Source: an uncultured virus (IMG/VR IMGVR_UViG_3300023054_000005)
Taxonomy: Duplodnaviria; Heunggongvirae; Uroviricota; Caudoviricetes
Length of the DNA: 64,000 bases
Virus record (IMG/VR): IMGVR_UViG_3300023054_000005
Strand: one strand, 5' to 3'
Shown: positions 40,227-47,613 of the stretch, piece after piece
Layout: each line of letters begins with the position of its first letter
Position numbering within the stretch: position 1 is the stretch's first letter
Position numbers and translations under genes: made by a program
Notes under the pieces: generated by a model
Database searches by the model: none
What the model was told of the DNA's origin: nothing
The model's input: only the letters and a program-made list of their open reading frames with translations

Positions 40227-40907
40227 ATGAAGATTTGGCATATTGGGGATACTCACACATACCACGGTTTATTAGAAATACCAAAAGGAATAGATATGGT
40301 CATCTTTAGTGGTGACTGTTCTAACCCTAGAGATCCTTATAACAATGAACCTGAAGTTAGAAACTTTATAGATTGGTTTTCTGAATTACCTATCAAACAT
40401 AAAATATTTGTAGCAGGTAACCACGATAGTTCAATTGAAAAAGGATTGGTATCCATATCTGATATTCAAGTGAATGGTATTCACTACTTAGAGAATGAGC
40501 ATATTACTATTGAAGGAATCAAAATATTTGGTTCACCATTAACACCATCATTTGGTAATGGTTGGTCATTCAACAAAGCAAGAAACAAGTTAGATAGAAT
40601 TTGGAGTGGTATAATTGATAAGGATGTGGATATTATTGTAACCCATGGCCCACCAAAAGGAATATTGGATATGGGTATTGATAGAATGAACGTAATGGAG
40701 TTTTGTGGGTGTAAAAGTTTATGGAACGTTGTTAAATTAATCAACCCTCAACTCATGTTGTTCGGTCACATACATAACTGTAAAGACATTATCAATGCTG
40801 GGACTCGAACTGTTGATGGTTTGGATACAGTATTTTCAAACGGTTCCGTGGTTACTGATGGAAAATTTGGTAGATTGAGTAGTAATGGAAATATTTTAGA
40901 GATATGA
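40227..40907 (+). CDS. Calcineurin-like metallophosphoesterase, copy 2
   Basis: Same motifs and length (226 aa) as copy 1. Confidence 0.9.
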   Translation: MKIWHIGDTHTYHGLLEIPKGIDMVIFSGDCSNPRDPYNNEPEVRNFIDWFSELPIKHKIFVAGNHDSSIEKGLVSISDIQVNGIHYLENEHITIEGIKIFGSPLTPSFGNGWSFNKARNKLDRIWSGIIDKDVDIIVTHGPPKGILDMGIDRMNVMEFCGCKSLWNVVKLINPQLMLFGHIHNCKDIINAGTRTVDGLDTVFSNGSVVTDGKFGRLSSNGNILEI

Positions 40908-41215
40908 AACAATTAGAGTATAAAGGTCGAAAGTTCCTATACAGTGTTAAAGAATTTGGTGGTGAGTTAGAACATGGTAGGGACTTTACGGGTTATAATA
41001 CCTATTTTTACGACACGTTACCCATTATTAAAGTTAGAAAAAGGTATTGGTTATTTGGTGAAAAATTATTTAAAAAAACACACAATCTCCTTTTTATTTT
41101 ATATTGTGATATCGAATCACCAACAATTACAAAAAAATATATACAAAATTTATTAGATAAACAATTTATAATATTAGATAGACTTGAGGAAATCAATAAT
41201 AATGGTATAGTATGA
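40904..41215 (+). CDS. Hypothetical protein
   Basis: 103 aa, ATGA-coupled. Confidence 0.55.
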   Translation: MKQLEYKGRKFLYSVKEFGGELEHGRDFTGYNTYFYDTLPIIKVRKRYWLFGEKLFKKTHNLLFILYCDIESPTITKKYIQNLLDKQFIILDRLEEINNNGIV

Positions 41216-41538
41216 GTAAAATAAAACAAATAAAAATACCGGTTAATATTCTAAAAGAACAAGGTATAGAAACAGAATTTAATTACAAACTAGTTAGGGA
41301 AAGAGACGGGTTAACCAAAAATAGTAAAGACGTAAGATGGTTGGAATTTAATGAAAATGGCAAGGGTGTTAAAGCTATGCATACATTACCTGAAGTAGGT
41401 TTTACGTTAATAATGTCACCCTTTAATCAATTTTTTACTTGGCAAACCACTACCGTAACTGAAATCCTTGAGCAATCTGAGGGTTATGTGAAGTTTAGAA
41501 CTTCTAATAGTGTGTATACTCTATCAAAAACTATATAA
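41212..41538 (+). CDS. Hypothetical protein
   Basis: 108 aa (WQTT.VTEI, FRTSNSVY), ATGA-coupled. Confidence 0.6.
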   Translation: MSKIKQIKIPVNILKEQGIETEFNYKLVRERDGLTKNSKDVRWLEFNENGKGVKAMHTLPEVGFTLIMSPFNQFFTWQTTTVTEILEQSEGYVKFRTSNSVYTLSKTI

Positions 41539-41539
41539 C

Positions 41540-41728
41540 ATGGTAGTTTATAGGTATAGAAATAAAAATTACGAAATAGTAGTTGAAGATGAGGGTGAAT
41601 TCAACCAACAAAGAAAAGAAATAATATTACGTGACTTTATAGCATGTGAAAAATCAGGAGATTACATTACAATTAAAAACCGAATGACTAAAGGCATAAA
41701 ATGGGGTTGGTTAAAGTTAATAAATTAG
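41540..41728 (+). CDS. Hypothetical protein
   Basis: Track ORF 41510-41728; the ATG at 41540 right after the previous stop is the likelier start. Confidence 0.5.
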   Translation: MVVYRYRNKNYEIVVEDEGEFNQQRKEIILRDFIACEKSGDYITIKNRMTKGIKWGWLKLIN

Positions 41729-41825
41729 AAAAATTAAACCCATAAACTGAATATTCAATAAATTTGGTTTCCCATAATATCTTTCGTATATTCAGGTATA
41801 ATAACAATTAAAAACAATTAAGGTT

Positions 41826-42365
41826 ATGTATTATAAATTTAATCAAGAAACGATGTTATATGAAAAAACTAGTATAACAAGCAGATCCTTATTGGGGTTT
41901 GGGGCGGTATTAGGGTTAGTAACCATATTTGGTCTTACTTACAATAATAACAAAAAAACAGAAAATATATCCTTAGAAGATAGGCTTATTATAATACGAG
42001 AAGCAAATACTTTTTCTGAAGAAAAATTAAAAGAGAAAATATATAGTTTAAACTTTAAATTTCCCCATATTGTATTGGCACAAGCTAAACTCGAGTCCTC
42101 TAATTTCTCTTCCCACATATTTTTGGAAAATAATAATTTATTTGGGATGAAAGAAGCAAGATCAAGAGCTAATTTAGCAGTTGGAACTAAGAGATCACAT
42201 GCTCATTATAACAATTGGCAAGACTCGGTACTAGATTATGCCCTGTATTATTCAACTTATCTATATAAAATTAGAACAGAACAAGAATATTATAGTTATC
42301 TATCTCAATATTATGCGGAGGATCCCAACTATGTAAATGCGTTAAAAAAAATAATTAAAAAATAA
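41826..42365 (+). CDS. Membrane-anchored glucosaminidase (GH73-like)
   Basis: AQAKLES, NNLFGMK and YAEDPNY motifs; N-terminal hydrophobic helix. Confidence 0.8.
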   Translation: MYYKFNQETMLYEKTSITSRSLLGFGAVLGLVTIFGLTYNNNKKTENISLEDRLIIIREANTFSEEKLKEKIYSLNFKFPHIVLAQAKLESSNFSSHIFLENNNLFGMKEARSRANLAVGTKRSHAHYNNWQDSVLDYALYYSTYLYKIRTEQEYYSYLSQYYAEDPNYVNALKKIIKK

Positions 42366-42435
42366 AAGAAAAAGAAAAAAATTCCTTGGCGACTTAATAT
42401 CTTTTTCATATATTTATTATAGAATAAAAATAAAC

Positions 42436-42591
42436 ATGAAAACACTTCAAAACATATTTACAAATCTACATGCCTCGATGCAGGTCCTTAATATATGGAC
42501 GTTATCGTTATGTAGTGATGTGATTTGTGGCTTTACATTTAATAGCGAATATAAGCAACCGAGACATATTTCCGGGTACATTATGAGTTGA
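42436..42591 (+). CDS. Candidate attenuator leader peptide (51 aa, all 20 amino acids)
   Basis: MKTLQNIFTNLHASMQVLNIWTLSLCSDVICGFTFNSEYKQPRHISGYIMS*; promoter motif at 42386-42414; followed by a terminator. Confidence 0.6.
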   Translation: MKTLQNIFTNLHASMQVLNIWTLSLCSDVICGFTFNSEYKQPRHISGYIMS

Positions 42592-42617
42592 TAGTTTAAA
42601 ATACATATCATTTATAT

Positions 42618-42652
42618 AAAACCCGGATCTGAAAAGATTCGGGTTTTTTTTT
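42618..42652 (+). terminator. Intrinsic terminator upstream of the tRNA array
   Basis: ACCCGGATCT-gaaa-AGATTCGGGT followed by a T run. Confidence 0.85.
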
Positions 42653-42721
42653 AAAATTTATGCAAAAAAATTAGGTTACCCGGAGTAGATTTCGTATCTT
42701 CATGGGGTAGAAAGTAAAAAA

Positions 42722-42750
42722 GGTTCATTGACATATTGGATAAGATTAAA
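42722..42750 (+). promoter_or_regulatory. boxA-like antitermination leader (second copy at 46616-46645)
   Basis: GTTCATTGACATATTGGATAAGATTAAA and ATCATTGACATAATTGGATAAGATTAAA each lie just before the first tRNA of a sub-array. Confidence 0.6.
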
Positions 42751-42837
42751 GGAAGGTTGACAGAGTCTGGCTTATTGTGCTAGTCTTGAAAACTAGTGAT
42801 TGTAAAAGATCCGTGGGTTCGAATCCCACACCTTCTT
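42751..42837 (+). tRNA. tRNA-Ser(TGA)
   Basis: Anticodon arm CTAGT-cttgaaa-ACTAG, long variable arm, GGTTCGAATCC. Confidence 0.88.
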
Positions 42838-42925
42838 CAAAACTATCAATTCTGATTCGAACGCTGGCATAATGGTCCAGCTGATATGCTTAATTGAGGT
42901 AGTAAGAGCCCAACTCTTACATTAT

Positions 42926-42997
42926 TGGTCTGTGGTATAACGGTTATTACATTTGACTTTGACTCAATTAATGGGAGTTCGATTCTCTCCAGACCAA
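42926..42997 (+). tRNA. tRNA-Gln(TTG)
   Basis: Acceptor TGGTCTG/CAGACCA, loop ctttgac. Confidence 0.85.
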
Positions 42998-43064
42998 CAA
43001 TAATTTACAAAATAACCTGGCTAAAAGGCTTAGCTAAAATAACCAGGCTAAAAGTAGATTAATT

Positions 43065-43136
43065 CGGGTAGTATTCTCGAGGTGAGAAGCTCGCTTTGGA
43101 AGCGAGAGGCGGCAGGTTCGACTCCTGTCTACCCGA
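43065..43136 (+). tRNA. tRNA-Pro(TGG)
   Basis: Acceptor CGGGTAG/CTACCCG, arm CTCGC-tttggaa-GCGAG. Confidence 0.88.
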
Positions 43137-43332
43137 CAAAAACTATCAAAAGAAGGAATGATACGAGCCCGCAAAGTTCGAAAAGAGTCCGCAATAGTTT
43201 TAATAAAAGATTAAGCTTAATATCATAATAAGCTCTCTTAGCCAAAGGGGTAACTGTGAAACAGGTTTAAATGTAATGATATCAAAACATTTAAATGGAG
43301 GTTATTGATACACCAATCTTTTATTTACTTCT

Positions 43333-43404
43333 ATCCCTGTAGCAAACCGGTGTAGGCAACTGTCTTTTAAACAGTGGGGTTAGGTTCGACTCCTAACAGG
43401 GGTA
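43333..43404 (+). tRNA. tRNA-Lys(TTT)
   Basis: Arm ACTGT-cttttaa-ACAGT, T-arm TTAGGTTCGACTCCTAA. Confidence 0.85.
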
Positions 43405-43436
43405 CAAATTTGCAAGTTGAGGTTATTAATTTCCGG

Positions 43437-43501
43437 GGTTGTGTGGTGTAACGGTTAACATGGCGGTCCGCAAGATATAGGTTCGAATCCTATCATAACT
43501 A
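43437..43501 (+). ncRNA. tRNA-like RNA with truncated anticodon arm
   Basis: Acceptor, D- and T-arms present; anticodon arm reduced to GCG-gtc-CGC. Confidence 0.6.
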
Positions 43502-43514
43502 AAAAATTAAACTT

Positions 43515-43585
43515 ACCTCTTTGACGTAATGGTAGCGTATTTGTTTTACATGCAAAGTGCGATGGTTCGATTCCATCAGGAGGTA
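43515..43585 (+). tRNA. tRNA-Val(TAC)
   Basis: Arm TTTGT-tttacat-GCAAA, acceptor ACCTCTT/AGGAGGT. Confidence 0.85.
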
Positions 43586-43684
43586 CAAAAATAGTTGGGT
43601 GAAGAGAATCATTACTACAATAGTGATCTAAACACAGACTACTCTATAGAGGTTAGGAATTGTAGTTCCAATTAATTATAGTTT

Positions 43685-43756
43685 TTGGCGTTAGTGGAAT
43701 GGTGACCACGCCCGGCAATGAGCCGGGAGAAGCAAGTTCGATTCTTGTACGTTAAC
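43685..43756 (+). tRNA. Atypical tRNA, apparent anticodon ATG (His-like, A33)
   Basis: Full cloverleaf; arm CCCGG-caatgag-CCGGG; C discriminator. Confidence 0.55.
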
Positions 43757-43831
43757 TAATTCTAGTTTTAAACGTTAGAAATAAAACAAGGTGTAAAAGT
43801 CTTGGTAAAGATTATTTTAAGATTAGAAAAT

Positions 43832-43912
43832 GGGGGTTGAAAGTCGTTCGGATACGACAGCGGGACTGTAAATTCCGTCCGAAAGGGAGTGGTTCGAGTC
43901 CACCATCGCCCA
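43832..43912 (+). tRNA. tRNA-Tyr(GTA)
   Basis: Arm CGGGA-ctgtaaa-TTCCG, variable hairpin; acceptor stem imperfect. Confidence 0.75.
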
Positions 43913-43999
43913 CGATAGTGAAGATGTACCTTTATACAACCTAGGACAATGTATAAAGGGTGTGGTTAAATTACATCGGGTCCCACCACATTCTTATTT

Positions 44000-44075
44000 G
44001 GTACTGTAGCTCAAACGGTAGAGCACTAGACTGAAAATCTAGGTGTAGTTGGTTCGATACCAATCAGTACCACCA
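44000..44075 (+). tRNA. tRNA-Phe(GAA)
   Basis: Arm CTAGA-ctgaaaa-TCTAG, encoded CCA. Confidence 0.9.
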
Positions 44076-44080
44076 TTACA

Positions 44081-44161
44081 TTACGATGCAGGTGCGTTGA
44101 CTGTCTCATGAGCAGTAGCGGCAGATATGTCCAATGAAGGTTCGAGTCCTTTAATCGTAAC
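44081..44161 (+). ncRNA. Atypical tRNA-like RNA, CAT anticodon, reduced D-arm
   Basis: Acceptor TTACGAT/ATCGTAA, arm ACTGT-ctcatga-GCAGT, only ~12 nt in the D region, long variable region. Confidence 0.55.
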
Positions 44162-44168
44162 TAAAAAT

Positions 44169-44242
44169 TCCTCAGTAGCTCATCTGGTTAGAGCGGCGCA
44201 CTGTTAATGCGTAGGTAGTAGGTTCGAACCCTACCTGAGGAG
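44169..44242 (+). tRNA. tRNA-Asn(GTT)
   Basis: Acceptor TCCTCAG/CTGAGGA, loop ctgttaa. Confidence 0.9.
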
Positions 44243-44248
44243 CAATTC

Positions 44249-44321
44249 CGGAGTGTAGCTCAATTGGTAGAGCATTGTCCTGATACGACAAAGGTAGTAG
44301 GATCGTAACCTACCACTTCGA
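44249..44321 (+). tRNA. tRNA-Ile(GAT)
   Basis: Arm TTGTC-ctgatac-GACAA. Confidence 0.85.
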
Positions 44322-44326
44322 CAAAA

Positions 44327-44412
44327 GGAAGATAAACTATGATGGTGATTAGGGTATCCTGCTAAGATAATCGTGCTGTAAAAGGCATTCGGTTCGATTC
44401 CGATTTCTTCCT
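44327..44412 (+). tRNA. tRNA-Ser(GCT)
   Basis: Loop ctgctaa, long variable arm, T-arm TCGGTTCGATTCCGA. Confidence 0.82.
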
Positions 44413-44418
44413 CAAAAC

Positions 44419-44490
44419 ATCAATATAGCTCAGTGGTAGAGCGGTTCTTTCATATGGAACAGGTCGATGGTTCAATCCTATCTATTGATA
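44419..44490 (+). tRNA. tRNA with CAT anticodon (Met or Ile2)
   Basis: Arm GTTCT-ttcatat-GGAAC, acceptor ATCAATA/TATTGAT. Confidence 0.78.
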
Positions 44491-44591
44491 CTATTTAAAA
44501 CCACTCGGGTTAAAGGATAATTTAGTCACCTGCTTCTGCAAAGATAAAACTTTAGACTAACAAGTAAGGAAAGTGGGAGCCTTACAAATAT

Positions 44592-44665
44592 GGTGTTTGT
44601 AGCTCAATCGGAAGAGCGTTCGGTTGTGATCCGAAGGGTAGTGGGATCGAAACCCACCTTACACC
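44592..44665 (+). tRNA. tRNA-His(GTG)
   Basis: Arm TTCGG-ttgtgat-CCGAA; G-1 and C73; two mismatches in the acceptor stem. Confidence 0.8.
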
Positions 44666-44764
44666 CCTATTGACGCCCAAAGGGTGATCGAATTGGTCAG
44701 AGATGAAAATTCTTGCAAAGACATTACCTAAAGATGTCCTGCTAACCTACGGGGTTGGCTTTAT

Positions 44765-44844
44765 GCCCGTGTGATGAAATTGGAAAACATGGTCGTCTTA
44801 AACGCGATTGCTTCGGCTTGTAGGTTCGAATCCTATCACGGGTA
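44765..44844 (+). tRNA. tRNA-Leu(TAA)
   Basis: Loop cttaaac, variable hairpin GC-ttcg-GC. Confidence 0.85.
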
Positions 44845-44866
44845 CAATAAGGAAAAACCTCCAAAT

Positions 44867-44939
44867 ATTTCCGTAGCATAAATGGCAATGCCCTCGAATA
44901 CGAATCGAGAGATTGAGAGTTCGAATCTCTCCGGGAATT
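44867..44939 (+). tRNA. tRNA-Arg(ACG)
   Basis: Arm CTCGA-atacgaa-TCGAG. Confidence 0.85.
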
Positions 44940-44946
44940 CATTAAT

Positions 44947-45019
44947 GCCCTTGTAGTTTAACTGAATAAAACAGTAGGCTTCTATCCTTCCAATCCCAGT
45001 TTGAATCTGGGCAGGGGTT
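44947..45019 (+). tRNA. tRNA-Arg(TCT)
   Basis: Loop cttctat, acceptor GCCCTTG/CAGGGGT; T-loop variant TTTGAAT. Confidence 0.75.
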
Positions 45020-45089
45020 CAAAATAGAAAAACAGGATCCCCAATCTGGACAGCTTCGGCAGGATTGAATCTGAACAGTTTTTCTATAT

Positions 45090-45158
45090 GCGTCATAGGT
45101 TATGGTAACCAAACGGATTCCAACCCCGTAGGACAGAGTTCGATTCTTTGATGGCGTG
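45090..45158 (+). tRNA. tRNA-Trp(CCA)
   Basis: Acceptor GCGTCAT/ATGGCGT; loop ttccaac above an ACGG/CCGT stem. Confidence 0.75.
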
Positions 45159-45232
45159 CAAAATTAAATAATTTAAAAATGAAAAAAAAATTCGATGCTC
45201 TTTAGGTAAATTAACCTAAAAACAGAGCAAAC

Positions 45233-45412
45233 ATGTTAAAAAAAGTAAAAAAATTTCAACAAACAACAACCAATTCTCGTACGTACAAAATGTACCACTC
45301 CGGACAAGTATTAGGGTGTCCATTATGTGGTCCCAATAGTGGATGTAATGGTAGGAATAAACGTAAAGAGATAAATTGGAAAACGTTTAGAAACACACAA
45401 TATAAACCATAG
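45233..45412 (+). CDS. Small basic Cys-containing protein (59 aa), not in the ORF track
   Basis: MLKKVKK...GCPLCGPNSGCNGRNKRKEINWKTFRNTQYKP*; preceded by an 8-codon uORF and a hairpin. Confidence 0.6.
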   Translation: MLKKVKKFQQTTTNSRTYKMYHSGQVLGCPLCGPNSGCNGRNKRKEINWKTFRNTQYKP

Positions 45413-45422
45413 TTATTTAATC

Positions 45423-45932
45423 ATGAAAAACCGTTATGACAAAACCTTAGTAATTGACACTAGTTATATTGCTAGGAGTATTATTACTACAGAAAGGGCA
45501 TTCGTAATCTCATATAAGGGAAATGCTGATGTAGTAACGGAATACCCAGAAACATTTGGTGTAGTAAACCCAGAATTAACAATCTTTAAACCCTCTATTA
45601 TTAGAGTACACACTTATGTGAAGATGAATTTTCATAAAGTACCTCTAACACGTGAGAATATATTCAAAAGAGATGGGTATGAGTGTGTGTATTGTGGTTG
45701 TGAAAACCGCAAGACTCTAACGTTAGATCACGTTATACCTCAATCTAAAGGTGGGCCTAATAAATGGGATAATTTAGTTACTGCTTGTAAAAGATGTAAC
45801 AATGAAAAAGCGGATTTAACTTTAAAGGAATATGGTAAACCAATACCAAAACCCCAAAGGCCGCATTATTTGATGTTATTAAAAAAGACAACATTTATCC
45901 CGGATGAATGGAAACCATATTTAGGTATGTAA
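45423..45932 (+). CDS. HNH endonuclease inside the tRNA array
   Basis: RDGYECVYCG, TLDHVIP.S.GG...W.NLV.AC..CN..K. Confidence 0.9.
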   Translation: MKNRYDKTLVIDTSYIARSIITTERAFVISYKGNADVVTEYPETFGVVNPELTIFKPSIIRVHTYVKMNFHKVPLTRENIFKRDGYECVYCGCENRKTLTLDHVIPQSKGGPNKWDNLVTACKRCNNEKADLTLKEYGKPIPKPQRPHYLMLLKKTTFIPDEWKPYLGM

Positions 45933-45935
45933 AAA

Positions 45936-46008
45936 GAGTGGGATGTTCATGGTTGGGCAGTTGGTTTGCAAAACCAATTTTTAACGGGTTCGATTCCTGT
46001 CTCACTCT
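45936..46008 (+). tRNA. tRNA-Cys(GCA)
   Basis: Arm TTGGT-ttgcaaa-ACCAA; T discriminator. Confidence 0.82.
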
Positions 46009-46036
46009 CAAAAGCAATTAAACAGTAATTGCAAAA

Positions 46037-46374
46037 ATATTAGGATACGTGGGGTATGTTTCGTATCTTCACGTGTTCGTAAGGTTCGAACATTAAAAAC
46101 AATAAAGGTTATGAGCGTAGATTTAAGAAATTGTAAAAAAGGTGATATTTTAATCAGTTCACACGGTGCTAAGTTAATGTATTTGAGACCAACAACTGAT
46201 ACTGAATATCTAGATCATGTTGTAGGTTATTTAGATAAAGGATTAGGTCAAGGAACAAGAACACATGATGGGTTTGTATTTCTAAAAAATAGAATACCAG
46301 AAACTGATCATGATATTGTAAAAATAATTAAAGAATAATTAGGATACGTGGGGTATGTTTCGTATATTCACGTA
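46037..46374 (+). repeat. Near-identical ~36-nt promoter cassette repeated (46039-46074 and 46338-46374)
   Basis: ATTAGGATACGTGGGGTATGTTTCGTAT(C/A)TTCACGT occurs twice. Confidence 0.85.
46111..46338 (+). CDS. Hypothetical protein
   Basis: 75-aa ORF between the repeated promoter cassettes. Confidence 0.6.
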   Translation: MSVDLRNCKKGDILISSHGAKLMYLRPTTDTEYLDHVVGYLDKGLGQGTRTHDGFVFLKNRIPETDHDIVKIIKE

Positions 46375-46403
46375 TAAGTAATAAATATAAAAACCGAGAA
46401 GTT

Positions 46404-46604
46404 ATGTCATCAAAGAGTAATGGAGTTTCACATAGTATGCTATTATCATCAAAAGATAGAAGAAGAACAGTTTATTCAAGATTATCAGATCAATTAAAAT
46501 CTGGAACAAAAACTTGTAAGGAAACAAAAAAACAAATTCCCTTAACTGATAAGAATATAATTCGTATCGAAAGCGAATTAAAAACATTAAAACTTAGGTT
46601 TTAA
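46404..46604 (+). CDS. Small basic hypothetical protein
   Basis: 66-aa ORF behind the second cassette. Confidence 0.55.
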   Translation: MSSKSNGVSHSMLLSSKDRRRTVYSRLSDQLKSGTKTCKETKKQIPLTDKNIIRIESELKTLKLRF

Positions 46605-46646
46605 GATTAATAAAAGATCATTGACATAATTGGATAAGATTAAATT

Positions 46647-46728
46647 GCGTTTGTGTTGGAATTGGTAGACATGCTAGATTTAGAATCTAGTGCCTTAAGG
46701 TGTGAGAGTTCGAATCTCTCCAAACGTA
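46647..46728 (+). tRNA. tRNA-Leu(TAG)
   Basis: Arm CTAGA-tttagaa-TCTAG, variable arm. Confidence 0.88.
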
Positions 46729-46922
46729 CAAAAAACTTCTCGAGTAGCATCTACGACTTATTACTCTAGATGTGAAGTGGTGGGAACTTTATACCTAGAA
46801 GGTTGCATATCAAGAACATATAAGCATTAGTCCTTACGCTGGACTTGAGATATGAGCGGTTAGATTCCGAAGTATTAACAGATTTAAAAGGATAAGCTAG
46901 TTACTGTTAGTGCAAAAAATAT

Positions 46923-47025
46923 AGCTGTGAGATCATTGGTTGATAGCACCTCTCCAAGGTTAAGTTTAACGATAAGTTCACTTAGTATTGTAAAGCCGGA
47001 TTAGGTTCAAATCCTAACATAGCTA
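46923..47025 (+). ncRNA. Expanded tRNA-like RNA (~103 nt)
   Basis: Acceptor AGCTGTG/CATAGCT, T-arm TTAGG-ttcaaat-CCTAA, oversized middle. Confidence 0.55.
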
Positions 47026-47037
47026 CAAAATTAAAAT

Positions 47038-47189
47038 AGTCCTATATGTAGTAGTAGGTCGCCCCTACTCTTACTAGTGGGGTAACGTTACGGCTTTTGG
47101 TTTAACACTTCTTATACTAGTTTGAAGAGAAAGTTAAAGCATTAGAGTAAGTAACTTATCAAAGGTTGGTTCGATTCCAACTAGGACTA
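47038..47189 (+). ncRNA. Expanded tRNA-like RNA (~152 nt)
   Basis: Perfect acceptor AGTCCTA/TAGGACT, T-arm GTTGG-ttcgatt-CCAAC, ~120-nt middle. Confidence 0.6.
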
Positions 47190-47613
47190 CAAAATCTCTT
47201 TAAAGCCCTGGCCTAACTGTGGAGTTGGTATGCAGCCAAAACTACGGGACCGTAAGGATAAAGAGCTTCTGATTGTTATTAAAGTAAGCTAAGGATTTGA
47301 AACCAAGGTATAAACAACCAAGGAAGATATGCCGGCCCTGCTGATAAGAGAAAACTTATTTAATAACTACGCTAAATAATTAATACGCGTTAAAAGTTTA
47401 GATACTAGTCCATACAGAAGTATTGGGTAGAATTAGAAGTAAAATATAAAGTTAGACGTTCAAGGGTGAACTGAAAAGGGATTCAAACAACCATTCTAAC
47501 TTATAATATTAAGAGAGTAAGTGAAGCTAGGACAAGCTGGAATAAGATAAAGGTTTATCTCCAGTCCCAGATATTTCTAGAAACCTCGAAAGACCCGAAC
47601 CTCTCTTATATTT

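Noticed and set aside
43008..43054. Short direct repeat AAAATAACC(T/A)GGCTAAAAG twice between tRNA-Gln and tRNA-Pro
   Set aside because: Only two copies and no further support for a function.
45179..45412. Read-through fusion of the uORF with the 59-aa ORF
   Set aside because: They are in frame, but a TAA follows three codons after the TAG.
46735..47610. tmRNA or RNase P RNA
   Set aside because: No GGGG...alanine-type tRNA domain with a tag frame, and no RNase P core motif, was recognised by eye. An Rfam search is needed to exclude divergent forms.
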